DNA of 64,000 bases, from the NCBI GenBank assembly GCA_963703215.1, contig OY969800.1:3087297-3151296 (forward strand), given 5' to 3'. The stretch is from an uncultured Bacteroidota bacterium. Lineage in GTDB: Bacteria; Bacteroidota; Ignavibacteria; Kryptoniales; JAKASW01. The position numbers were made by a program, and so were the translations under genes. Below the pieces are notes generated by a model. The model had not been told where the DNA came from, did no database searches, and worked only from the letters and a program-made list of their open reading frames with translations. Numbering within the stretch: the stretch's first letter is position 1; the number at the start of each line of letters is the position of its first letter. Shown piece by piece: positions 41,765-52,138 of the stretch.

Positions 41765-41957
41765 TCGCGGAAGTTTTCGTAAAGCGATTCGCGTGGACAG
41801 GCAATATTGATCGTCATTCTCAAGTGGATGTAATCTAAGAAGATTCCACTAAATATTGAAAGAGAGGATGTTAAAAGATTCCTCATCTTTTATGCTTTGC
41901 TGAAGAATTGCCACCTAGCCTTTCGATCGCCAACGCAGTAATCAACGAAAGATTCAG

Positions 41958-43532
41958 TTATTTCAGCAACACCAGTTTCTTGGTTTGTTTATATGTCCCG
42001 GCTTCAATTCTATAAAAATATACTCCGCTCGATAAACTGCTCGCATCGAAGTCTACCGAGTGATTGCCAGCGTTTTCCTGCTCATCCACCAATACCTTCA
42101 CTTCTCTTCCAAGCTCATCATAAATACTTAATCTCACAAAGCTATTTCTCGGTAAACCATAGCTGATAACCGTCGTCGGGTTGAATGGATTCGGATAATT
42201 CTGGCCTAATTCAAATGATTTTGGTATCAGACCTCTATCGCTCTTCATCGAGGTAAGCGTAGGAGTAATGAATGACCAAGCGATAGAAAATGAACTGGTG
42301 GCAGTGTCGCTCACTGCCTTTACATGCCAAAAGTATTTAGTTTTACCGGTAAGTTTTGAATCCATTATTTCTTGTAATGCCAGGGTCGTATCTGCAATCT
42401 TTGCCGAATCGACAATGACGGTTGAGAACAAACTGTCTGATGCTATTTGAATCTCGTACGATGCGGCACCTGGTACCTTAAGCCAAACAAACGCCGTATC
42501 CTGAGCCGCAAGAGTGTCGCCTGTGGTTGGTTCGAAAAGAGTTGGAGTAGAAAGAACTGATCCCACTCCACCGTTCGTTGTGTGCAGAATCAATCCATTG
42601 GCTCCTACTGCCCAGCCCACTGAACTGTTAATGAAATATATATCTTCTAGGTGGGCCCCAAGAGGGGCATTAGTGTTCTGAGTCGTCCACGTCTCTCCAC
42701 GATCTGTCGATTTTAGAATTAGAGCGTCACCACCGACCTCGCCAGCACTGCCGACGACATAGGCGATGGAATCTTTCACTAGTGAGATTCTGAAGAGAAT
42801 GCCACCAAGGTGTGATTTGGCTTTCCAGTGAGATCCGCCATCTGTGGATTTCATTATTAACCCGCTGTCACCGGCACATAATCCAACTTGAGAATCGAAA
42901 AATGCAATGTCGTTAAGGTTTAACTTGTATGGACTAGGCTGCTGATTCCACCATAATCCACCATTTGTGGTCGATAGGATCAGACTGTTATCACCCGTTG
43001 CCCATCCAAGACTGTCGTTGAGAAAGAATATCCGCACTAATCTTCCCGCAAAACCCATTATTTGTGGAGACCACTGGCCGTAACTATTCAACTTTTGAAT
43101 AACAGAAGTAGCTGAAGACAACCAGCCGCCAGCTATCCAACAACTGGTCTGCCCATTGTACTTCCCGCAAAAGATCCCATAGTTTGTACCACTATACGGG
43201 GAACCATCATTACCAGCTTGCCACAAGTTCCCTCCATTTGTGGTGGACAAAATGACGTTATTTTCACATGTGATCCAACCGTTCAGGGTGTCTACGAACG
43301 ATACCTTGTATAAGTTTTGATTCGTCGGACTCATTGCACGATTCCATGATGTGCCTCCGTTGGTGGTTCTAAGGATGACTGCACCCTGCCCTACAGCCCA
43401 GCCGTTTGATGGCGAAGTAAACCACACACCGCCAAGAGTCGTTCCAACACCAGATTGTTGTTGAGTCCATTGGGCGAACCCCAATGAAGTCATGAAACTA
43501 AAAAATGCGATCGAGAATAGGATTTTTTTCAT
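41958..43532 (-). CDS. secreted Ycf48/BNR-like beta-propeller + FN3-like domain protein with T9SS C-terminal sorting domain
   Basis: Signal peptide. Repeated TTNGG.SW/STDGGSHW blades. C-terminus FELGQNYPNPFNPTTVISY...GVYFYRI...KLVLLK. Confidence 0.85.
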   Translation of the reverse strand: MKKILFSIAFFSFMTSLGFAQWTQQQSGVGTTLGGVWFTSPSNGWAVGQGAVILRTTNGGTSWNRAMSPTNQNLYKVSFVDTLNGWITCENNVILSTTNGGNLWQAGNDGSPYSGTNYGIFCGKYNGQTSCWIAGGWLSSATSVIQKLNSYGQWSPQIMGFAGRLVRIFFLNDSLGWATGDNSLILSTTNGGLWWNQQPSPYKLNLNDIAFFDSQVGLCAGDSGLIMKSTDGGSHWKAKSHLGGILFRISLVKDSIAYVVGSAGEVGGDALILKSTDRGETWTTQNTNAPLGAHLEDIYFINSSVGWAVGANGLILHTTNGGVGSVLSTPTLFEPTTGDTLAAQDTAFVWLKVPGAASYEIQIASDSLFSTVIVDSAKIADTTLALQEIMDSKLTGKTKYFWHVKAVSDTATSSFSIAWSFITPTLTSMKSDRGLIPKSFELGQNYPNPFNPTTVISYGLPRNSFVRLSIYDELGREVKVLVDEQENAGNHSVDFDASSLSSGVYFYRIEAGTYKQTKKLVLLK

Positions 43533-43790
43533 GGCAAATACTCCAATTTTTGGATTAATGAATTATGAACGTTCTAAGAATATTAGAACAAAGCGTATCA
43601 TCTTTGATTTTGATTATAACCACCTGACACATTGCTCAAAGCAAAACCAAGTTTAATGTATTTTCCAATGAACAACATAATATAACACAAATGAAAAAAT
43701 AGTCAAACGGTCTGGAATTTTGTAAGGCAAAGCTGTGTGGGACACGACTTAAACGTTTTTTCCGTGACCTGGGTTGAATTATATTATCTT

Positions 43791-44744
43791 ATGCTGAAGG
43801 TCTCAGCCATTATACCTGCATACAACCGAGCGGATTTCCTTCCCAGATCAATCGAAAGTGTGCTTAATCAATCCCTTTCCGATTTGGAATTGATCGTAGT
43901 TGATGATGGTTCAACGGATAATACTAAGGCTGTGGTTGAGGAATTTGCCCGCAAAGACAACCGCGTAAAATACTTCTGGCAACCTAATTTTGGAGGACCC
44001 GCAGGCCCAAGGAACACAGGCATAAAGCATGCAAGCGGTAAGTACGTAGCCTTCTTAGACAGCGATGACGAATGGTTGGCGACAAAACTGGAAGAGCAGG
44101 TTAGGCTTTTCGAGAACTCACAGGCTAACACGGGATTAGTTGCTTGTGATTACTTGCTTGAGGCGGGGTCAACCCCGGTAGCATATAAACTTCCTCAATT
44201 CGAGAGAAGCGGGATTTTTGAAGAGCTACTCAAGCATGATTTCATTGGCACGGCGACGGTTGTTATGATCAAGAAGGAAGTTCTCGAAGACGTTGGGGGA
44301 TTCGACGAGAGCTTGGAATGCGGAGAGGACACAGATTTGTGGCTGAGGATTGCCGAGAAATATGGATTTGCTCACGTCACGAACCTTCTTGCGTTGTATC
44401 ATGTTCATGGCAATAACACATTGCTGAGATTTAACGCGATTGATCTTGCTAAAAGCACAGAATCCATTTTGAACAAACATATTTCAACGCGCGAGAAGCA
44501 TCGCAAAGGATATGGCGCTAGGTTAAGACAAGTGGCGGCCAACTATTGCACTGCGGGGGAATTCTCAAAAGGGAGAAGTTACTACGTGCAGGCGATCAAA
44601 CTTGATCCTGCAAATCCAAAAGGATGGGCATTATTACTGGCAACTTTTTTGTTGGGTAAATGGGCGTTTTACGTCGTGTCTCGTTTAAAGTTCAGAATTA
44701 GGCAGGCGCTCCGGTTCAAATTACACTGGAATGTGATGCCATGA
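43791..44744 (+). CDS. family-2 glycosyltransferase with C-terminal TPR-like/membrane tail
   Basis: Start moved to ATG 43791 (MLKVSAIIPAYNRADFLPRSIESVLNQ). DDGSTD and FLDSDDEW (DxD) motifs. Confidence 0.85.
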   Translation: MLKVSAIIPAYNRADFLPRSIESVLNQSLSDLELIVVDDGSTDNTKAVVEEFARKDNRVKYFWQPNFGGPAGPRNTGIKHASGKYVAFLDSDDEWLATKLEEQVRLFENSQANTGLVACDYLLEAGSTPVAYKLPQFERSGIFEELLKHDFIGTATVVMIKKEVLEDVGGFDESLECGEDTDLWLRIAEKYGFAHVTNLLALYHVHGNNTLLRFNAIDLAKSTESILNKHISTREKHRKGYGARLRQVAANYCTAGEFSKGRSYYVQAIKLDPANPKGWALLLATFLLGKWAFYVVSRLKFRIRQALRFKLHWNVMP

Positions 44745-44837
44745 AGACGATACGAGGAGTTCTTCTTTTTATCGCATTGAACCAGTGATCTCAGATCCCT
44801 AACACCCATTCCCTGCCTTATCATGGATCGCATTACT

Positions 44838-45947
44838 CTAGACGACTCCTCTCCTTAGTTGCAGCAGTTGATCCACTTTTGTCAGGACATGACTAACTTC
44901 AATTGATTTCATAAGCGTTGGGTCTCTCGGATCAACTTTGAGTTGCCTCTTGGCTCCATGTTCACCAGTCCAAACATATTGAAATATCGGAACGTTCGCG
45001 GGGTAAGTAATAAGAGGTGGCGTTACACCCATAAGAGCAACGGTTGGAGTTCGCTGTGATATGGCGATCTGCATCGGGCCAGTATTTACCGTGACGAAAA
45101 TATCAATCCTGTGCAGCAGTGCAGCCATTTCTGTCAAAGTGGTTTTTCCTACCATGTTTATGATGTTACTGGGGAATTGTATTTGCTGTATAATGGTACG
45201 AACATATTCTACGTCATCTTTAGATCCGGTAAACACAACCCTCGCATTATATCGCTTGATCATTTGGTTCGCTAATTCTGCAAACTTCGATTGTTCCCAT
45301 CGTCGTTCTTTCCATGTGTCGCGGCAATTTGCCTGAATCCCAATCAGCAAGTCCGCGGTATCCACTTTATATTTGTCCAGAAGTTCCGACATCTTCCGTT
45401 TGTCTTCATTAGCGACAACAAAAATCATTTCACGCTCATTTACTTTCCAGCCGAAAGCTCGTTCGAGGAGTTCTACGCATTCATCAACTCGATACCGAGC
45501 TTGAGCTGTCCGCGTTGCTATAGGGATACGGACGTTGTTGAAGCATCCTCTGTTATGATAATCATATCCAAGCCTGTATTTCCCTCCGATGAGCCACATA
45601 AGAAAATTCGTTCTAAGCGATGTGTTGAGCTGTAAAATCAAATCGAATTTCATTTTTCGGAGGGTGATCAATCTGCCCAATTGTTGGATAAGATTGCCTT
45701 TCGGCAGGTAATGAATTTTGTCTATAAACGGGTTTGCCGAAAGAATTTCCGCCGTGAACGGATATACAAGCGCTTCAATTCTCGCGGTCGCCAGATTCTT
45801 TTTCAATACTCTATAGATCGGTGACGAAAACAGCATGTCACCGATGTAATTAGGATCAACGACGAGGACACGAAAAACGCGGTCGAGCTTCACGGGGACT
45901 TCATATTCTCGGATGATTGTTCTTATTGAACTAAGAAGATACTTCAT
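44838..45947 (-). CDS. family-9 glycosyltransferase (LPS heptosyltransferase-like)
   Basis: RVLVVDPNYIGDMLFSSPIYRVLKKN N-terminal motif, and a C-terminal half ending in GPMQIAISQRTPTVALMG typical of GT9. Confidence 0.85.
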   Translation of the reverse strand: MKYLLSSIRTIIREYEVPVKLDRVFRVLVVDPNYIGDMLFSSPIYRVLKKNLATARIEALVYPFTAEILSANPFIDKIHYLPKGNLIQQLGRLITLRKMKFDLILQLNTSLRTNFLMWLIGGKYRLGYDYHNRGCFNNVRIPIATRTAQARYRVDECVELLERAFGWKVNEREMIFVVANEDKRKMSELLDKYKVDTADLLIGIQANCRDTWKERRWEQSKFAELANQMIKRYNARVVFTGSKDDVEYVRTIIQQIQFPSNIINMVGKTTLTEMAALLHRIDIFVTVNTGPMQIAISQRTPTVALMGVTPPLITYPANVPIFQYVWTGEHGAKRQLKVDPRDPTLMKSIEVSHVLTKVDQLLQLRRGVV

Positions 45948-45968
45948 GGTGCAATGATAACGAAAATC

Positions 45969-47184
45969 TCAAGCGTTGGTGACATTTTCGACAAGGTCTT
46001 TATACAACCTTTCATACTCTTGAATCATCCGATCAGCAGAGAAGAATTTCTTTGCCCTTTCCTTTCCCGCTTTGCCAAATTGGATCCTCAACTCGGTATT
46101 TTCAAGAAGTTCGATAATTTTTTCGGCAAGTTGTTCTGTGTCTCGGGGTGCAACAAGATATCCGGTAACATTGTCTGCGACCAGTTCCGCCGTGCCATCC
46201 ACGTTTGTGGCGACGACAGCCTTACTGCATGCCATGGCTTCAATAACACTCAAAGGCATACCTTCGAAGATCGATGGCAGAACAAATAGATCGCTCGTTC
46301 TGACAATATCAGCAACATCAGACCTGAAACCCATGAATGTGACGGCATTTGTTATTCCAAGCGAAGAAGCAAGATCTTCAAGGTAACTTCGAAGGTGTCC
46401 ATCACCCACAAGAATAAACTTAGCATTGGGAATTCTTCTTAGGACTATGGGTATCGACCGGAACAGGTATTCGTGCCCTTTTTGATTATTCAATCCGGCG
46501 ACTACGACCACCTTTTGCCCAAGCGTATCAGAGGTGATACCATGGTTGGCAGCTAAGTTGTGACTGTCACTGTATAGGTTTGGGTTGATCCCGTTTGCAA
46601 TCACTTTGATTTTATAATCGATGCTTTGTCCGAACGTTTCTATCATGAATCTCCGATTGGCTTGCGACACTACAACGATCATATCGATGAACCTAAGCGA
46701 AATCTTCTTCGAGAAAGTTAGTACTGCAATTTTTATTTCCCGCAAGAAAAACTTGATCCGCGAAAGCTTTCGCCTCCGAAGAAATTTAATTTGGGTTACA
46801 TAGTGCTCGGTTACAATTATCTTTAGTCTTGTGAAAATTCCAGCAAGGATGATGACGGGAACGCAAGAAAAAGTTGTGTGGAGATGGCAATGGAGTATCT
46901 TTGACCGACGAACAAATCTCAGTAGTCTGAACAAATTGGGGAAATCAAACCAGCCAAAGAAATCAAATTTGTTTCTGACAGACTGCAGTAATAACCTTTA
47001 CGTTCCTCGCCTTAAAAGCCTCCCGCCATTTTTGCAGACCGCTTGAGTCGCTGCAAACGAGTCCAGTCGGAAAAGCGGAAGCTGTCCCATTGATGATCAT
47101 TTCAATGACTGAAGACACTCCCCCGAGATCTGTGCCCTCATAGTAAACAGACAAGATCGGCGGTTTCTCTGATTCAATTGGCAT
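45969..47184 (-). CDS. family-4 (GT-B) glycosyltransferase, interrupted by a frame change near its N-terminus
   Basis: ORF 45969-46934 has the GT4 C-terminal EGMPLSVIEAMACSKAVVATNVDGTAELV motif. ORF 46963-47184 (MPIESEKPPILSVYYEGTDLGGVSSV...) is the missing N-terminal Rossmann start. The frames can be joined within 46963-46997, e.g. at the T3 run 46972-46974. Confidence 0.8.
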
Positions 47185-47187
47185 GAG

Positions 47188-47847
47188 CTATTTCATCTTC
47201 TGCGCAACCATTAAATAGCCGAGCGTGAACCTCGGATAATAGAATATCTTGTCAAGAACTCGGCATAGGGAAAGAATCGGGGCAAGAGCAATCTTCATCG
47301 GTACCCTTGTTAGTTGCCTTTTGCCAAACGTGTCATAGAGTACTGCTGCTGTTAACTGACCAATGGCTGTTATTCCGCCGCCACGTTCCTCCAGTTTAAC
47401 CACCTTCAGGTTATTGCTTTCAGCAAGTTCGGCAAGTCCGTATTTTGTGTATCTAAAAAAATCATATGGCTCTTCATGGAGCGGCCATGCCTGCGGCGCT
47501 GTCAATATTAAGTACCCGTCCTCTTTCAAGACTCTGGACACTTGTTGAAATAAATCGAATGGCTTTCTGACATGCTCCAAAACTTGTGTACAAAGAATTG
47601 TATCGATTGAGTCGTCCTTAAATGGCAACGATAGAGAATCGCCACAGACGTCAGGCTTCTTGGAATCACTTATTGTAACATCAATGCAAAAATATTGTGC
47701 GGTTCGCGCTTTGACTATCGGTGCGTAGGGCTGCTCTCCGGAACCGAGATCAAGGACTTTATTCTTCAGAAATTCCTTTACACTAGTTATGGAATCACGT
47801 ACCGATGAATGCTCCAATTTGCTTGGATCGAAGAAAGATCCATCCAT
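47188..47847 (-). CDS. class-I SAM-dependent methyltransferase (Methyltransf_11-like)
   Basis: VLDLGSGEQPY (motif I), ILCTQVLEHV, DGYLILTAP. Confidence 0.85.
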   Translation of the reverse strand: MDGSFFDPSKLEHSSVRDSITSVKEFLKNKVLDLGSGEQPYAPIVKARTAQYFCIDVTISDSKKPDVCGDSLSLPFKDDSIDTILCTQVLEHVRKPFDLFQQVSRVLKEDGYLILTAPQAWPLHEEPYDFFRYTKYGLAELAESNNLKVVKLEERGGGITAIGQLTAAVLYDTFGKRQLTRVPMKIALAPILSLCRVLDKIFYYPRFTLGYLMVAQKMK

Positions 47848-47850
47848 ACC

Positions 47851-48555
47851 CTAATTTTGCAACGGCTTTCTGGCCTTTACGAGTAATCCTCCGCTGAGGA
47901 ATTCCTTTTCGAAGGCTTTCCCTAAAATAGCGACTGCTAATCGGTACTTCCATGTTCTTCTGTCACCGCAGAGTCCGTCAATAAGTTCGACGTGGAAACC
48001 ATTTTGCTCCAGTAATTGTCGAAGATCCTTTGAAGTGAAGTAATGCAAATGCCCGCCGTCAAAACCGATTGGATCATAAGAAGTCCGCGGGAAATGTCCC
48101 ATGATAAGCGATACAATTCTCTGAATCTTCCGTATATTTGGGGTGCTTATGATTGTATATCCACCGCCCACAAGAACCCGTTTGATTTCGTTAAGGAAAA
48201 GAACCGGATCGAATACATGCTCTATCACATCGAGCGTCACAACAGCATCAAAGTAGTTGTCCGGAAACGGAATCGGTTCGTTGTTCAGATTGACCTTCTT
48301 AGCAATAATATTATTCTTGATAGACAGTTCTATTACATCGTCCGAAATATCAATTCCGTAAACTTCCGCGAACTTCTGTCTGACTTGCACAATGAATGAG
48401 CCTTCGCCGCAGCCAATATCTAACAGCCTTTTCCCTCCCTCTGTGATCTTTACTGCACTGGATGTGCGAAGGCTACCATCTAATGCGAGGTCTTTTTCCC
48501 GACCGACTTTAGCTTTCCATATGTCGTGATATAATTTTTCTTCTGCTGTCATCAT
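47851..48555 (-). CDS. class-I SAM-dependent methyltransferase
   Basis: LLDIGCGEGSF (motif I), VYGIDISD, VVTLDVIEHV, GGYTIISTPN. Confidence 0.85.
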   Translation of the reverse strand: MMTAEEKLYHDIWKAKVGREKDLALDGSLRTSSAVKITEGGKRLLDIGCGEGSFIVQVRQKFAEVYGIDISDDVIELSIKNNIIAKKVNLNNEPIPFPDNYFDAVVTLDVIEHVFDPVLFLNEIKRVLVGGGYTIISTPNIRKIQRIVSLIMGHFPRTSYDPIGFDGGHLHYFTSKDLRQLLEQNGFHVELIDGLCGDRRTWKYRLAVAILGKAFEKEFLSGGLLVKARKPLQN

Positions 48556-48963
48556 GATGGTAAGGGCATTGTGTCATCATGCACCTGCCTTGGCAAAGAA
48601 TCAGTTACCCATTCTCTAGGACTCAGAACTAGATTGCTTGACATTTGATTCAATGTGCCTATCAAAAATTATTATGGGTACTGTCTTATTGGACAAAATC
48701 ATCTGCTAATATCGTTCAACTTTGTCAAAGGAGCATGCTTAAAGAGAATGTACCACGGTTGCTTACGTTCCCTGGGACATAATCCCAGCGGAACTAACAA
48801 TCGAAAACATAAGTTAGTCATCCGTTGCTTCCCATCCAACACGGATTCCTAGAATCCCAATTAGTTGTCACGGTTCAAAGCAAGATTCGTGGTAATTTTA
48901 CTGGCACTCTTGAGCACAAAGCATTTTTCTATTTTCACACGCTACCAGGAGAGTGTAGGTTAA

Positions 48964-49947
48964 TCACCATTCAATCTTCTTGAATGTCCGTATGTTGTAA
49001 AACTCATCTTTGTTATAGTCGCCATATTCAGTCCGGTGGCCATACAGGTCGTGTACCATGTCCTGAATAGAAAAAAGCGGCTGAAATCCCAGACTGGTTT
49101 TCGCCTTGTCAAATGAAACCTTGTAATTCCGAAAATCCTGAACATTCCTAATTTCCAATGAAGGTTTCTTACCGGTCAACTTCTCCAGCTCCATCCTCAC
49201 CAAATCTCCGACCTGCCCAACGGTAAAATTTCCACCCGCAATATTGAATACCCCGCTCAGAGACGGAGTTGCCTGCACTGCGCGCACATAGGCGGAGACG
49301 ATGTCGCGAATGTCACAGATCGGCCTCCAGATTGCCGGATTGTTTATAGTGATCTTACCATCGACCATGGCACTCTTGAACATCGTGTTGACGATCAAAT
49401 CGAAACGCATCCGCGGACTGTATCCGCTTACCGTACCCTGCCTGAGGGCGATCACAGAAAATCCGGCATCCTGGATTTGAAATACGCCTCTCTCACCTTG
49501 AAGTTTGGAGATCCCGTATGGATACCCACAGGTCGCCGGAGATTGCTCATCGTAGAGCTCATCCTCGGTATAGCCGTAAACGGAACAAGACGAAGCGTAG
49601 ATATATCTCTTCACACCCGCTTGCTTTGCGATGAAGGCGAGATATGCTGGTAGCGCTGCATTGTAAACGAAATTCTTCGAAGGACTATATTCCGCCATAG
49701 GGTCATTCGAAATGCCTGCAAGAAAAATAAACGCGTCAAAACCTTCCATCTCCTCGCGCCTTACGTCAAAAAGATCCTTTTCGATTACTTTCGCTTCATT
49801 CGGAAGGTGAATGCCGAACCACGACAAATCTATGACTGTCACATCATAACCATGTTCCAGCAATACGGGAACGAGAGCGGAGCCGATATAGCCCGCACCT
49901 CCGCCCAATAATATTCTAATCCTGTTACCGGTAACATTATTTGCCAT
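48964..49947 (-). CDS. NAD-dependent sugar-nucleotide epimerase/dehydratase (extended SDR)
   Basis: Start moved to ATG 49947 (MANNVTGNRIRILLGGGAGYIGS = GxxGxxG). Catalytic YGISK (YxxxK). Confidence 0.88.
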   Translation of the reverse strand: MANNVTGNRIRILLGGGAGYIGSALVPVLLEHGYDVTVIDLSWFGIHLPNEAKVIEKDLFDVRREEMEGFDAFIFLAGISNDPMAEYSPSKNFVYNAALPAYLAFIAKQAGVKRYIYASSCSVYGYTEDELYDEQSPATCGYPYGISKLQGERGVFQIQDAGFSVIALRQGTVSGYSPRMRFDLIVNTMFKSAMVDGKITINNPAIWRPICDIRDIVSAYVRAVQATPSLSGVFNIAGGNFTVGQVGDLVRMELEKLTGKKPSLEIRNVQDFRNYKVSFDKAKTSLGFQPLFSIQDMVHDLYGHRTEYGDYNKDEFYNIRTFKKIEW

Positions 49948-50683
49948 TACGTCCGCCTTCTTCTTTATTCTGAATAACAGCACGATATAAATCAACATTT
50001 AGAGACGTATCTTTCGGAACACTAAATTGCACGTCATTCGTGTGTAATTCTCCAATCTGCTTTTCAGGGCTGATTTTCTTTGCATACTGGTACACGGTTT
50101 TTCTGTCGCCGCCAATGTGAATTACGCCGCGAAAATCCAAATTAAGTACTTCCATCATCATCCTCGCGATCACGGAAACCGATTCACGGCTTGTCCACTG
50201 ATCCACGAAGGCTTTGTCGTAAGGAAACTCATTAGGCCCGAAACTTGTTCGAACGATAACTGAGTTGTCGTACATCCGCACGGCGCACTCACCGCCAAGT
50301 TTAGACCACGCATACTTGTTGATCGGATGAACAGGGTCATCTTCTTTGTAATTGCCCTTATTGCCATCGAAGACGTAGTCGGTGGAAACGTATATGAGCT
50401 TGACACCATGCTGCATACATAGCTTTGTCACGTTACTCGTCCCGATAATGTTCGCATCAATGGCTTTTTCTGGATTCATATCAACCTTTGGCGGAGAAGT
50501 AAAAGCTGCCGCGTGAAAAAGGGTCGAGATTTCCTTTCCTTGAAGATAGGCCTGCATCTGTTGAATATTACAGAGATCGAATTCGTGACGGCCTGGATAG
50601 AACCCCTGAGGAAGGAGCTTACGGAACTCTTTTCCAAGCAATCCTGATCCACCCGTAAACAATATTTTTTTTTGATCTATCAT
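49937..50683 (-). CDS. RmlD-like sugar-nucleotide reductase (dTDP-4-dehydrorhamnose reductase family)
   Basis: Start moved to ATG 50683 (MIDQKKILFTGGSGLLGKEF). STDYVFDG and YAWSK (YxxxK) motifs. Confidence 0.8.
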   Translation of the reverse strand: MIDQKKILFTGGSGLLGKEFRKLLPQGFYPGRHEFDLCNIQQMQAYLQGKEISTLFHAAAFTSPPKVDMNPEKAIDANIIGTSNVTKLCMQHGVKLIYVSTDYVFDGNKGNYKEDDPVHPINKYAWSKLGGECAVRMYDNSVIVRTSFGPNEFPYDKAFVDQWTSRESVSVIARMMMEVLNLDFRGVIHIGGDRKTVYQYAKKISPEKQIGELHTNDVQFSVPKDTSLNVDLYRAVIQNKEEGGRNGK

Positions 50684-50690
50684 AACTTCC

Positions 50691-51329
50691 TTAACAGGCG
50701 CCGAACACGAAATTATTGGAGCGGCCATCACTCACCCACTGTTTCAAAGATAAACCCTCCCTATCCTTTTGACTTAGAATTCCTTCTTTTGCAATTACCT
50801 TCTCAAAAAGTTCGCGCAAATTGACATCGCAGAGCGACCAATCTATGTCCGTTGAGAACGGAGATATGCCAGCTTCGCAGCCCGGGCTATATTCTCCCGA
50901 ACACAGATATTCGATTTGAGAGTCTTCAACGAAAAAATTTCCGTGAGCGAAGCCGGGCGGCACCCATATCCATTCACTGTAAGCTTCATCCAAAGACGCC
51001 GGCATATCATACGCAATAATATCACCAAACGTTGCAGAGCCTTTCCTGATGTCAAGTACCAAATCGATCATGTGTCCGTATATGGTGCGAACCAGTTTAC
51101 CCATGAATGGATTCCATTGAAAATGCAAGCCGCGACAAACATTCTTTTTAGAATTACTTTCATTTGCTTGGACAAAATTGACATTTTCGTATTTCTTCAG
51201 GTCCGCCGATGCCGCCCAATCGCTTTTCCTGAACGTCTCCGTGAAAAAGCCACGATCATCTCGGAAACGTGCGAAGCGAACTACTTTAACATCAGGAACG
51301 GCAAGAGACTGAATGGACAATATTTTCAT
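50691..51329 (-). CDS. RmlC-like cupin, dTDP-4-dehydrorhamnose 3,5-epimerase family
   Basis: FRDDRGFFTETF, RGLHFQ and later FAHGF motifs of the RmlC cupin fold. Confidence 0.8.
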   Translation of the reverse strand: MKILSIQSLAVPDVKVVRFARFRDDRGFFTETFRKSDWAASADLKKYENVNFVQANESNSKKNVCRGLHFQWNPFMGKLVRTIYGHMIDLVLDIRKGSATFGDIIAYDMPASLDEAYSEWIWVPPGFAHGNFFVEDSQIEYLCSGEYSPGCEAGISPFSTDIDWSLCDVNLRELFEKVIAKEGILSQKDREGLSLKQWVSDGRSNNFVFGAC

Positions 51330-51390
51330 GCACTAATTCTCGGTTACAAATGTGGAAGATAAAAGCACCTTACATGTAAATCAATATCTT

Positions 51391-51534
51391 TTACTCGAAG
51401 CGAAATAGAATCTTCTCCGAAAAATCGCACCCTTCATGGAGCGGCCAAGCGGCGAGTGGCGCAAGGTTAAGATATCCTCTCTGCCTCTAGATTCTGCTCA
51501 CTGCCTCCATCTCGCCAAACAGATCTTCTGCGCT
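51391..51534 (-). pseudogene. relic of a class-I methyltransferase (C-terminal third only, internal TAG)
   Basis: Minus-strand translation AEDLFGEMEAVSRI*RQRGYLNLAPLAAWPLHEGCDFSEKILFRFE* aligns with PFDLFQQVSRVLKEDGYLILTAPQAWPLHEEPYDFFRYT of the 47188-47847 gene. Identical 16-mer CTTCATGGAGCGGCCA at 51432-51447 and 47472-47487. No N-terminal SAM motif; bounded by stops at 51535-51537 and 51487-51489. Confidence 0.6.
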
Positions 51535-51607
51535 TTACGCGGCAAAAACAATAGCCACTAAAAGTACGCACCGGGGTATAATAACGGATTAAACCGAAAG
51601 ATTTCAT

Positions 51608-52138
51608 CTATCCTTTCTTTAGGTAGAATCTCAATGCCAATATCATGTGAGTAGCGCGGTCGAGCCAGCGCCCAAGCAATTCCCACCTTATAATAAACTG
51701 CCATTTTAGGAACAGAAAATAATATTCGATCCGCTGTGCTTTTAAGAACTGGCCATTTAGTGCATTGGATCGGTAGTAGAAACTCTGCCGGCAAAACAGC
51801 CATCTATGTTCGAGATCGCCTATGGCTCCGATATGTTTATAATTTGGTACCTCAAGAATCAGTGTACCATCATCTTTGAGTAGCTTACGACATCCCAGGA
51901 GAAAGGCAATACGGTCATTCAAGTGTTCAATAATGTGCTCGGCAATAACATAATCGAATGATCCTTCTGATAACCTCCAAGCTTCAAACGCTGAATTTAA
52001 GTCGATAACGAAATCAACCTTAGGTAACGGACGGATGTCTGTTGTGAGGATAGATAATTCGTTGCGTGGTTCTGGGATACCTCTAAGAGACCTATCGGTC
52101 GGCCTGTCGCCGGCAGCTAATATCAATACTGATTTCAC
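51608..52138 (-). CDS. class-I SAM-dependent methyltransferase (N-terminus probably continues to ATG 52251 across a frame change)
   Basis: FDYVIAEHIIEHL and DGTLILEVPN motifs. With the GTG 52138 start, the motif-I-like VLILAAGD sits at residue 4, which is implausibly early. A 38-aa ORF (52135-52251) lies directly upstream in another frame. Confidence 0.75.
   Translation of the reverse strand: MKSVLILAAGDRPTDRSLRGIPEPRNELSILTTDIRPLPKVDFVIDLNSAFEAWRLSEGSFDYVIAEHIIEHLNDRIAFLLGCRKLLKDDGTLILEVPNYKHIGAIGDLEHRWLFCRQSFYYRSNALNGQFLKAQRIEYYFLFLKWQFIIRWELLGRWLDRATHMILALRFYLKKG

Noticed and set aside
48556-48963. Degraded gene inside the glycan-cluster spacer.
   Set aside because: The minus-strand frames show stops every ~5-30 codons, as expected for random sequence. 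No fragment resembles a known sugar-modifying enzyme, so I cannot support a pseudogene call.
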